Source of the DNA: Squalus acanthias
Lineage: Eukaryota
Length of the DNA stretch: 64,000 nucleotides
Assembly: GCA_030390025.1 (NCBI GenBank)
Contig: CM059432.1
Span: forward strand, 142,106,001 to 142,170,000
Direction: 5' to 3'
A program made the translations under genes and the position numbers. This document shows positions 1 through 54,200 of this stretch, one piece after another. The notes beneath the pieces were generated by a model, which was given only the letters and a program-made list of their open reading frames with translations, was not told the origin of the DNA and made no database searches. Position 1 is the first letter of the stretch. Each line of letters begins with the position of its first letter.

Positions 1-695
1 TCTGCTTCCACCACCCTTTCAGGTAGTGCATTCCAGATCATCATAACTCTCTGCATAAAAAATATTTCTCCTCATCTCCCCCTGGTTCTTTGGCCAATTA
101 TTTTAAATCTGTGTCCTTTGGTTACTGACCCTCCTGCCAGTGAAAATAGTTTCTCTCTATTTAATCTATCAAAACCCTTCATAATTTTGAATACTTCTAT
201 TAAATCTCACCTTATCCTTTCTATGGGTTGGGGTTGTTTTCCTTAGAGCAGAGAAGGCTGAGGGGGGACCTGATTGAGGTGTACAAAATTATATGGGGCA
301 TAGATAGGGTAGATAGAAAGGAACTTTTCCCCTTAGTAGAGGGGTCAATAACCAGGGGGCATAGTTTCAAGGTAAGGGGCTGGAGGTTTAGAGGGGATTT
401 GAGGAAAAACTTTTTCACCCAGAGGGTGGTTGGAATCTGGAACTCACTGCCTGAAAGGGTGGTAGAGGCAGGAACCCTCACAACATTCAAGAAGCATTTA
501 GATGAGCACTTGAAACGCCATAGCATACAAGGCTACGGACCAAGTGCTGGAAAATGGGATTAGAATAGACAGGGCTTGATGGCCGGCGCGGACACGATGG
601 GCCGAAGGGCCTCTTTCTGTGCTGTATTGACTCTATGCTCTAAGGAGAACAATCCCAGGTTCTCTAGTCACACCACATAACTGTCCCTCATCCCT
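1..695. mobile_element. CR1 3' fragment (-) interrupted by a CR1 3' fragment (+, 226-637)
   Basis: ORF2 tail [19 protein letters not shown]...WNSLP; TCTATG duplicated at 220-225 and 632-637. Confidence 0.85.
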
Positions 696-785
696 TCTTT
701 ATATCCATTAGCAAAGAAAGTTTGAAATAGAAATGTGCAGTGAACAGAACGCTACTAAACATACGGCAAATATTTTCTCTTCTAG

Positions 786-43386
<42,601 letters not shown>

Positions 43387-43466
43387 CTACGGCGGAGAGA
43401 TCGCTCTGGCCTGAATATAAAAGAATATTTTTTGAGTTGTTAATGTTAAATTGCCAATCACTGTAC

Positions 43467-43472
43467 AATAAA
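43467..43472 (+). promoter_or_regulatory. Probable TOPAZ1 polyadenylation signal
   Basis: AATAAA about 80 nt after the stop codon, with a T-rich tract downstream. Confidence 0.55.
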
Positions 43473-43674
43473 ACCATTTGACACTGAAAATTTGTCTTTT
43501 CAGTAAACAAGAGATTTCCTGCACTGGAAATGATGATTTGGGGGGGGGGGTTTGCAGGGGAACACACTGACCCCCCTCCCTCTCCCTCCTCCCTTAAACA
43601 GAAACCAAGCCAAGCTTCCCCTTGTAACTGGCCATAATGCAGAGTTTCTTTTGCAATTTTAAAACTTTCTCCAC

Positions 43675-43782
43675 CAACGTTTCCCCCTAAGGCCGCGCAT
43701 CGATCGGGAGGTCCCGCTGGAAAAGATACCGCGCAACAAATTTAAAGGGACCGCGCACGGAAAAAAATTAGAGGGTACATTG
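43675..43782. mobile_element. hAT-type MITE
   Basis: CAACGTTTCCC...GAGGGTACATTG; TSD TTCTCCAC/TACTCCAC (7 of 8 match). Confidence 0.7.
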
Positions 43783-44371
43783 TACTCCACCTAATATGGT
43801 TAAAAGTGGCACTGAATTTTATGTGAAGGTGTCCTGCTACCTTGGTGAGAGTGAAACAACAGCTATCAATCCAGTCGTTTTACAGTACAGGACTCTGCCA
43901 CAAAACAAAAGGTACTAGAACGCAACAAGTAATAGGAGCAGGAATCGGCCCCTCGAGCCTGCTCTGCCATTCATTAAGATCATGGCTGATCTTCAAACTC
44001 AACTCTACTGAAATTGGAAGCAAGTATTTCAGCTGACCAGCTTTATTTTGAAATATCTTGGGTTAAAAAAATACGAGCTTGAGGTACCTGAATGTACCTG
44101 TCTCTAATTCTAATTAAACACCTTGCATCTGAGAGGGGAACTAGGTGGGTATTGCAGCGGTTAGACACCTCCGGCTTCAAGACTGATGGAATGAAAGCCT
44201 CAATGCAATTCTCTACTTATAGGTTGACTTGATATACTGTGGCTTTAGCCCAATGAGCCTCCATATGGGAAATAATCAAAGGGGGTCAGGGGAGACAGAG
44301 GTGCTGGGTACAAAAAGCAAATGAACGGCAGATGCTGGAAATCTTAAAAACAAAATGCTGGCAACCCCCAC

Positions 44372-44848
44372 CAACAACTTGCCTTTAACGTAGTAAAACG
44401 TTCCAAGGCGCTTCACAGGACTGTTAGCAGAAAAAATTGATGTCGAGCCAGAAAAGGTGATAAGACAAGTGACCAAAGGTTTGGTCAAAGGTAGGTTCGA
44501 AGAAGCGTCTTAAGGGAGAGGTAGGTAGAGAGGTTTAGGGAGGGAATTCCAAAGCTTGGGGCCGAGGCAGCTGAAGGCACGGCCACCAATGGTGGAGCGA
44601 TGGAAATCGGGGATACACAAGAGGCCAGAATTGGAGGAGCGCAGAGATCTCGGAGGGTTGTAGGGCTGGAGGAGGTTACGGAGATAGGGGGAGGGGGAGG
44701 GGGAGGCCCTGGAGGGATTTGAACACGATGTGAATTTTAAAATCGGGGCGTTGCCGGACCGGGAGCCAATGTACACCAGCGAGCACAGGGGTGATGGGTG
44801 AACAACAGGACTTGGTGCGTGTTAGGATGCAGGCAGCAGAGGTTTGGA
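44372..44848 (-). mobile_element. L2 3' fragment
   Basis: [22 protein letters not shown] on -. Confidence 0.85.
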
Positions 44849-46609
44849 CACTCAGGTCAGGGAGCATCTACGGAGAGAACATAGGGTCCATACCTAAAAC
44901 GTCAACTCCTCTGGTCTCTGCAGATGCCAAGAGTAATTTTGAAAAGATGGAAACGGGTAAAGCCAGCGGGGATCACCTTAGCAAAACAACTAAAAAAAAA
45001 CAAATAGCTATGGAGGCAGTAGCAGCGAATGCTGAAAACATCCAGCAAGCTCAACACACGAGATAAAGATCAAAACCCAGGTACAGACCATCCACAGGAA
45101 CTGTGGTTTGACGAAGGGTCCACACTCGAAATAGCAGCCCACCTTCTTCGAACATTTTGGGCTAAACATGCCCCCACCCCCTTCCCCCACCTTGTTCAGT
45201 TCCATTAAAGGACTCACTTTTATTTTCCACTTCTCCCAAAACCTTATCGTCTTTTTTCCTCTCTCCAGATGCTATTTTCTGTTATTTCCGCCCTCCGTTC
45301 TGTTGGAGGTGATCGGATTCTCTGCTGCAACTTGTGGACCTGCCCTGGGACAGAGCAGTGCTGGGTCATTATCCCCCACACGATAAAGAATAAGGATCAT
45401 TGCACTCCCATCAGTGGGGAAATTGTCTTAAAACTCCCTAAACACAGTGGGGAGGGAGGGGGCGGGGGGAGTTTCCACTCGTTTTGTGCCCAGATTCAGT
45501 GTAATCTGGGCGGAATCAGATGTACCAGCGCAAAAGATCGGGGAATTTAAAACGTGAGTTATACCCAGAAACCACTTGCGTTCGTGTTTCCCTCGATCTT
45601 TTACGCTGGTTCAAGATTAATTTGCCCGAATCAGGCTCCGCCCACAAAACTGGCCACACCCCCAGGCTGAAATTGCACAATTCTGTGCATGAGGTTCTGG
45701 AGTGAGGCTTGAACCCACAAATTTCTGACAAGGAGGCGAGTGTGCTACTCGGTGAGCCAAAGCTGACAACTTGGTATGGAGGATGCCTGGTACCTGTGAT
45801 CCTCTGCCCCAGCAAGGGACCAGAGGCCTGGCCCATAGCAAGAAGTCGATGCCTTCAGGAGGGGGAGAAAACTGGCACAAAACAAAGGAAATTCCCATTA
45901 CACTTGTCAGAACATTGGTCAATCCTCTTCAGTATGTGGTTAAAAAGGACTCGCATTTATGTAGCACCTTTCACGACCTCGGGACTTCCCAAAGCGTTTT
46001 AGTCAATGAAGTACTTTTCTGAGGGATAAATATTGGCCAGGACACTGAGGAGAACTCCCCTGCTCTCTTCAAAATAGTGCCCTGGGATCATTTACATCCA
46101 CCTGAGAGAGCAGACGGGGCCTGGTTTAATGGTACATTTAGCCCTGGAGTGTCCGGGACATCCATATTCAGATACTCTTTGTCTCTGGCACATTACACAC
46201 AAAGATATGGTTTAGATTCATCTCCGTCTAAAGCAATTTCTAAAAGTACAATTCCCAATTTTAGATTACGCCGGAAAGGCTAGTTTGTAATTCGGACAGA
46301 TCTGCTGTGCTCAATATTCTGCACACCTGGGAGGGTTCAGTGGGGGGGGGGGGAGGAAAAAGGCATTTAAAAAAATCCAAATTAGCTTCACTCATTAAAA
46401 TGGTTACATATGGATGATAAATCTTTAAAGAGAATGAAAATTATACCTCGGGCGTAAATGGAAGTTATTTGGGGCAGTGGGAATAGTCACCACATTGTAC
46501 AAAGGACCAGAAGTAGATAAACACGTGAAGGGGAAATCAATAGAAGGATATGCTGATAGGGTGAGATGAAGAGGGGTGGGGGGAGGCTCGTATGGGGCAT
46601 AAACGGGCT

Positions 46610-47630
46610 GGGTCATACCCAGCACAAAGGAAGATGGTAGTGATTGATGGGGGCCAATCATCTCAGCCCCAGACATCGCTGCAGGAGTTTCTCAGGGTAG
46701 TGTCCCAGGCCCAACCATCTTCAGTTGCTTCATCAATGACCTTCCCTCCATCATAAGGTCAGAAGTGAGGATGTTCGCTGATGACTGCAGTGTTCAGTTC
46801 CATTCGCAACTCCTCAGATAATGAAGCAGTCCATGTCCGCATGCAGCAAGACCTGGACGACATTCAGACTTGGGCTGATAAGTGGCAAGTAACATTCGTG
46901 CCAGGCAATGACTATCTCCAACAAGCGAGAGTCTAACCACCGCCCTTGACATTCAACGGCATTACCATCGCCGAATTCCCCCACCCTCAACATCCTGGGG
47001 GTCACCATTGACCAGAAACTTAACTGGATCAGCCACATAAATATTGTGGCAACAAGAGCAGGTCAGAGGCTGGGTATTCTGCAGCGAGTGTCTCACCTCC
47101 TGACTCCCCAAAGCCTTTCCACCATCTGCAAGGCACAAGTCAGGAGTGTGATGGAATACTCTCCACTTGCATGGATGAGTCCAGCTCCAACACCATCCAG
47201 GACAAAGCAGCCCACTTGATTGGCACCCCATCCACCACCTTAAACATTCACTCCCTCCACCACCGGCGCACCGTGGCTGCAGTGTGTACAATCTACAAGA
47301 TGCACTGCAGCAACTCACCAAGGCTTCTTCGACAGCACCTCCTAAACCCGCGACCTCTTCCACCTAGAAGGACAAGGGCAGCAGGCGCACCATCACCTTT
47401 CAGTTACTCTCCAAGTCACACAACATCCTGACTTGGAAGTATATCGCTGTTTCTTTGTCGTCGCTGGGTCAAAATCAGGGAACACTCTCCCTAACAGGAC
47501 TGTGGGAGTACCTTCACCACACGGACTGCAGCAGTTCAAGAAGGCGACTCACCACCACCTTCTCAAGGGCAATTTGGGATGGGCAATAAATGCTGACCGT
47601 GCCAGTGCGGCCAGGAACGAATAAAAAAAA
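46610..47630 (+). mobile_element. 3' part of the second LINE family (as at 30213)
   Basis: Colinear with 31860-32900; FADD; same tail. Confidence 0.85.
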
Positions 47631-47994
47631 TATACCGGCCGAATGGCCTGTTTCTGTGCTGTAAATTCTATGTAATTCTATGTAAATAAGTAGCAGGAAC
47701 GCCAATGAAGAACCAGGTAGAAATGAGAGATGGACGAAGGAACTGGTGGGGCTGCTCACACTTCGAGTTGGCGAATTATATATATATATAATTTTAATTC
47801 ACACAGATTGGAATACAGTTTTCTGCTGGCAAGTTGGGATTTCCCAGCCCCGGCTGTGAGCTACACTTCCAAAAACACGCAGACACCCGGCCTCGCACAC
47901 GGGTTAGCTTCACGTCGTCACGCGGCACGGCCCTGTTCCAGCAGAGACTGCGGGGAACTTCAACTGTCCAATCTCCATTTCCCATTCTTCCCGT

Positions 47995-48220
47995 TCACTG
48001 TTTCCAGTCCCAGGGGACGCACAAGTCACCATCCTGCAACACCGAATAGAAGTGTGAAATACACAGGTGCATGCCTTGCAACTCGCTGAGGTGTCCTTCA
48101 AGCAGTCTTTGACAGCACTTCACCATTTGTTGATTGGATACACTGGGCTCCTTGTACAGTCTTTTGAGGCCAAACCTCTCTGTGCAATGGCTGATCAGTT
48201 TTTCCTTTTCCACTTCCAAT
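47995..48220 (-). CDS. TCAIM: TCAIM last coding exon (LEVEKEKL...VPWDWKQ*)
   Basis: attag|A acceptor on -, TGA stop at 47997-47995. Confidence 0.93.
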
Positions 48221-51200
48221 CTAATTAGGATTAAAAAAAAAAATCCATTAAATTCTGGAGTAAAACATTGGGCCAGATCTTGCTGGAAAAATAAATGTGT
48301 TAATGACGCACGGCGTTATTAAGGTGCAAATCGGCCAGCAAGTTCAGGGGATTAAGAGATACGCCGTGCATTGTGAATCTCCAGAACTTGCTAGTCGATT
48401 TCCGCCGATCGCTTCGCACAAACGGTATCTCGCCCTTCGCCTCTCTGTTATTTAAATCTCATTGGTTAAGGAGATAGACTGTTGGTCCCGTCGTTCACTG
48501 AGGTCGCAGATGCCCCCTTGCCCTCGCTGCGCTGTTCTCAGCTCGCACTCCCAGCAGTTACGGCGCAAAAGATCTTGGAGCTGAAGGGTGCAGGAAAAGG
48601 TCTAACTAATGGGGTCCCAAGCAAGATTCTCACAGAAACTTACAGCACAGGAGGAGGCCATTCGGCCCGTTGTGCCTGTGCCGGCTCTTAAAAAGAGCAG
48701 TCGTGCTCAGTCCCACACCCCCACTTTTTGTCCGTAACCCTGTAAGTTTCTCCTCCTCAAGTACCCGTCCAACTCCCTTTTAAAATTGTTTATGGAATCA
48801 GCTTCTCAGGTAGAGCGCTCCAGATCCCGAGAAAATTCTGAGTGAAAAAACTTCTCCTCATCTCCAATGTTCCCTCCAAGCTGCACGGTAATGGGAAAGG
48901 CCCCGCGCGGGCCACTCACTGACTTTTACATCGTAAGTACCGCGCACGTGCAGAAATTTAAAGGGACCGTGCATTTAAAGAAACAGGCCGCGTAGAACAA
49001 AGCGCAGCTCACAGGGAACATTGCTCATCTCCCCCTCTAGATCTTTGGCCAATGATTTTAAATCTGTGACCTCTGGTTATTGACCCACTCGCCAGAGGGA
49101 GTCATTCTTCCCTATTTACTCTATCAAAACCTCTCGTCATCTTGAAAACCTCTATTAGGTCACCTTAGTCTTCCCTGTTCCAAGGAGAACAGTCCTAACT
49201 TTTCCAACCTCTCCTCATAACTGAGGTCCCTCATCCCTGGATTTGTCCCATTAATTTTTGGAATTTGGGCGATATGATGGTTTTATTGCACAATTATTTT
49301 ACTATCTTTTTGCTAGAGCCAGTAAATCCCTCGATTATGCTCACAATAACTGCTGATGTCAATGAACTACAAGCAATTTGGAATTTGGAATGCTGGCCAC
49401 GTCAATGGTACTTTAGTCTCGTGTTGTGTGGGATTGACACGTACGGACGATGCAGGTCAATGATCAAAAAAAGTGAAGATCCTACCAGGTAGCTAATAAC
49501 ATTTTTCTTCTTTTCTGCATCCTTCAAGCAACAGAACTACACCATCCAACCCCACCCCAAAGATCTCAAATACCCCCCCACTGGATGACAGTACAGGACC
49601 CCAATGGAGCCTGGGTCACTTACACTGGCCTCGAAACAAAAGCCTTCACAAACGCGTCTTAAACAACAACTTGCATTTATACAGCACCTTTAATGTTGTA
49701 AAATGTCCCAAGACGCTTTGCAGGAGCGATTATCAAACAAAATTTGACACCGAGCCACATAAGGAGATATTAGGACAGATGACCAAAAGCTTGGTCAAAG
49801 AGGTAGATTTTTAAGGAACGTCTTAAAGGAGGAGAGAGGTAGAGAGGCGGAGAGGTTTAGGGAGGGAATTCCAGAGTTTAGGGCTCAGGCAGCTGAAGGC
49901 ACGGCCGCCAATGGTGGAGCGATTAAATTAGAGGATGCGCAAGAGGCCAGAATTGGAGGAGCGCAGATATCTCGGAGGGTTGCAGGGCTGGAGGAGGTTA
50001 CAGAGATAGGGAGGGGCGAGGCCATGGAGGGATTTGAAAACACGGATGAGAATTTTAAAACTGAGGCGTTGCCGGACCGGGAGCCAGTGTAGGTCAGCGA
50101 GCACAGGGGGTGATGGGTGAACGGGACTTGGTGCGAGTTAGGACACGGGCAGCCGAGTTTTGGATGAGCTCAAGTTTATGGAGGGTGGAAGATGGAAGGC
50201 TGGCCAGGAGTTCGTTGGAATAATCGAGTCTGGAGGTAACAAAGGCTCGGATGAGGGTTTCAGCAGCAGATGAGCGGAGGCAGGGGCAGAGCGGGGCGAT
50301 ATTAGAGGTGGAAGTAGGCTCTCAAAAAAGCAACTGTGCAGCTAAGTTTATTGATATTATTGTGAGTTATTTTTATGATCTCCTTTTGTTAGATGTTTAT
50401 GACTCTCATTGCTTGCCCAAAGGACCACTTGAAACTGTTGTTAGCGAGTGTGAGCAGGTGTAACGTGCAATCTTGTAACAAACACAAATTCATTATGCCT
50501 CCGCAGACTTCTCAACCACCATGTAAATGAATCTTGCTTTTGCCAAAGTACTGTACACAATGGGCGACAGCAATAATTCATGATCTGCTGCAGGATTTAT
50601 AAAATTTGCTAATTCAGCATCGATCAATGTTTCTCTGATATACAAATTAAAGTTACATTTTTGGGGGGGGAGTCCAAAACTAGGAGCCGTAAAATATAAG
50701 ACAGTCACTAATAAATCCAATAGGGAATTCAGGAGAAACTTCTTTACCCAGAGAATGGTTAGAATCTGGAACTCGCTGCCACAGGGAGTGGTTGAGGCGA
50801 ATAACACAGATGCATTTAAGGGGAAGCTGGATAAACACATGAGGGAGGAAGGAATAGAAGGATATGCTGATAGGGTGAGATGAAGAGGGGTGAGATGAGG
50901 CTCGTGTGGAGCATAAACACCGGCACGGAGCACTTGGGCTGAATGGGCAGTTTCTGTGCTTTAAGTCTACGTAATTCTACGGAAATCAATAAATAGCCAC
51001 AAAACACATTTCGCACTTCTACTCTAAATGAAAATAACACGTTTCGTTACGAACACAATTAAAATGGATTCACCGCAGTTTCCCAATACTTCACTGAATT
51101 AGTCTAATATGCAAAAAAACAAGCAGTGTGTAAAAGCGATGTCCTGTTCACATATGCCCGTCGCACTGGATTGGCTTCAGCTGCCGCCCTCTCATCTGCA

Positions 51201-54200
51201 ACGTGAACCAGGTAAGAATCTTGTTACTTACTCCTCCTCTCTTCTCAGGTAAGTCCTGGCTGTTTGTGCGTGGGCCAGAATAAACCATTGCAAGGCAGTG
51301 GGGTCGCACATGACGGGTACACTCAGTTGGCCCGCTTTAAGGAGGCTGGGAGCAGAAGAGTCACTGAAATGACAGAACAACATCCGGTTAGTGTACGCAG
51401 TCGTTTGAAAGAATGGAGGAGCAAGAAGGAGAAGTAAAAACTTATATTGCCTTTCGCAACCTCAGGACGTCCCAAAGCGCTTCACAGCCAATGAAGTACA
51501 TTGTGTTGTAATGTTGGAAACGTGGCAGCCAATTTGCTCACAGCAAGCTCCCACGGACAGCAATGAGGTGATGACCAGATCATCTGTTTTAGTGATGTTG
51601 GTTGAGAGATAAATATTGGCCCCAGGACACCGGGGAGAACTCCCTATTCTTCTTCGAATAGTGCTGTGGGATCTTTAATGTCCAACTCTCCCGCCTGTTA
51701 AACACCTCACCCGACTTTTGATTCCATTGACTACACGAAAAGATCGCTGGATAGAGATTGAGAGGAACACGGCTGATTTTTCTCTCCTTTGCCAAAAAGG
51801 CATTGGACCATGGATCAAACCTGGGACCGATAATAAGTGTCAGCTCAGTGGGTAGTACTCTCACCTCTGAGTCAGAAGGTTGTGGGTTCAAGCCCCACTC
51901 CAGAGACTTGAGCACAAAATCCAGGCTGACGCTCCCAGTGCAGTGCTGAGGGAGTGCTGCATTGTTGGAGGTGCCGTCTTTCAGATGAGACGTTAAAATC
52001 TGTCTGCTCTTTCAGGTGGACGTAAAAGATCCAATGGCACTATTTCGAAGAAGAGCAGGGGAGCTATCGCCAGTGCCCTGGCCAATATTTATCCCTCAAT
52101 CAACATAACAAAAACAGATTATCTGGTCATTATCATATTGCTGTTTGTGGGAGCTTGCTGTGTGGAAATTGGGTGCCACGTTTCCTAATCACAACAGTGA
52201 CTACACTTCAAAAGTACTTCATTGGCTGTAAAGCTCTTTGGGACATCCTGAGGTCATGCAAGATGTTACATAAATGCAAGACTTTCTTGGTAATCTGTGT
52301 GGCTAAATCCCACATTGAACACTGCGATTACAAATTGAGCCACCCAGGATATTTATACATCAGTGTGTGAGACTAAACGCAAAACAAGCGTTTGCTTTTC
52401 TTGTAAGAAGTTTCCTCCCAGTGGAAGACAAGTTATCGGTTACATAAACTAAACAAGCCTGGAGCTAAATACAACATAAAGGTCAAGGGACTGATTGGCC
52501 CCAGTTATAGACTGGACGACTCTCTTATAATACGGTCAGCTAAATCACCAATGGATTGTCCAGAGATTCCCCCACCCCCCTTACCTTCCCTTCCCCAAAC
52601 ACACAGGAACCACATTCTACAGCGCAGCCGTCGAGGAGCCCAATATACTAGGTGTACAGAATTAACTCGCAGCCAGTCACTTATAGATTGGGGGGAAAAA
52701 ATTCCTGATTTAATGGGAAGAGGATAGAGTTGAAAGTGCTGCTGGAGATGGGCTTTCCTCATTGCTACCTTGCGTCCTTACACCGCACATTATACACTGC
52801 TACAACCCTCGGAGATCTCTGCACTCCTCCAATTCCGGCCTCTTGCACATCCCCGATTTTAATCTCCCACCATTGGCGGCCGTGCCTTCAGCTGCCAAGG
52901 CCCTAAGGTCTGGAATTCCCTCCCATAGCTCTCGCCTCTCTTTTCTCCTTTAAGACATTCCTTAAAACCTATCTCTTGTCTGCCCTAATATCTCCTTATG
53001 GGGCTCGGTGTCAAATTTTGCATAATAACGCTCCTGGTGAAGCGTCTTGGGACGTTTCACTACGTTAAAGGTGCTATAAAAATACAAGCTGTCGTTGTTG
53101 TTACATGGGGGAAACTCAGAGGGTTGCACCAGCTGAGAAGGAAAAGGCACGATCAGAAGAGCATTACAATAATCTGCAAGGGTCCTGAGAAACATGTAAA
53201 GATAGTTTGAGCTCAATGCCGTGCTTTCATGTCTGCCCGAGACTGTTTTATAGACCATCAAGATGGACTTGGCCTAAGTGAGTTAGCTGGTGGAGTGGGT
53301 TTCACATTCTGGGGTACGATCAGGACCCTGGTTACAGTATTCCCATCTCCCTGTACAAGGGAACATTTTACGAGAGCTCGAGCAGCTGCAGGTAACATCT
53401 CTCAGTGACCCGTCGACCAGAAATAACTATTTTTGCAATCACTCACTTTTCTAGAATTATTTGCAGTCCTTTTAGACTCCGTGGGTGAAACAAAGGTCGA
53501 CTGACGACCAAACTCTGATGAAAGGCCTTTAACATCCTGTAATAATCCTCTAGCATCATCGCTGGCTGCAGGTCTTCGTCATAAATTAACTCTACGTCTC
53601 CCAGAAGGTAGCTGATCCTCTCTTCCAACATGGAAAGGTGGCTGTGAAGATCACAGTAGGTGGGCAACCTCTCCAACAGCTTCAAGTAATAACAGATTAA
53701 ACATTTACTGCACTAATATTTGGTGCATAACTCACACCGTAAACACTTTACAGATGCCTTTGTTACCTCCAGACTCGTCTATTCCAACGCTCTCCTGGCC
53801 GGCCTCCCACCTTCCACAACCTTCAGCTCATCCAAAACTCTGCTGCCCCGTATCCTAACTCGCACCAAGTCCCGTTCACCCATCACCCCCTGTGCTCACT
53901 GACCTACATTGGCTCCCGGTCCGGCAACGCCTCGATTTAAAATTCTCATCCTTGTTTTCAAATCCCTCCATGGCCTCGCCCCCTCCTTATCTCTGGAATC
54001 TCCTCTACAGAAGGCGCTACAGAAATGCAAACTGTTGTTTTTGTCCCACAAACAGCAATGAGATGAATGACCAGATAATCTGTTTTTTTAACGTTGGTTG
54101 GAGGACTGTATACTGTGTGTACACCCCACTGACAGTGAATCCTTCCAGTGCATTGTCTGACCACGGTGTGGGCACAGCAAGACTTAAACGCTGACCAGAC

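Noticed and set aside
45105..45135. Additional hammerhead (TTGACGA...GAAAT)
   Set aside because: Core and stems are degenerate; at most a decayed Penelope remnant.
50493..50650. Protein-like - strand segment ([15 protein letters not shown]...) as an extra TCAIM exon
   Set aside because: The flanking TCAIM exons already join in phase and match the recalled protein; the ORF's 5' part is antisense CR1.
53514..53530. CTGATGA hammerhead-like core on +
   Set aside because: Lies antisense within a TCAIM coding exon and lacks stem II followed by GAAA; chance match.
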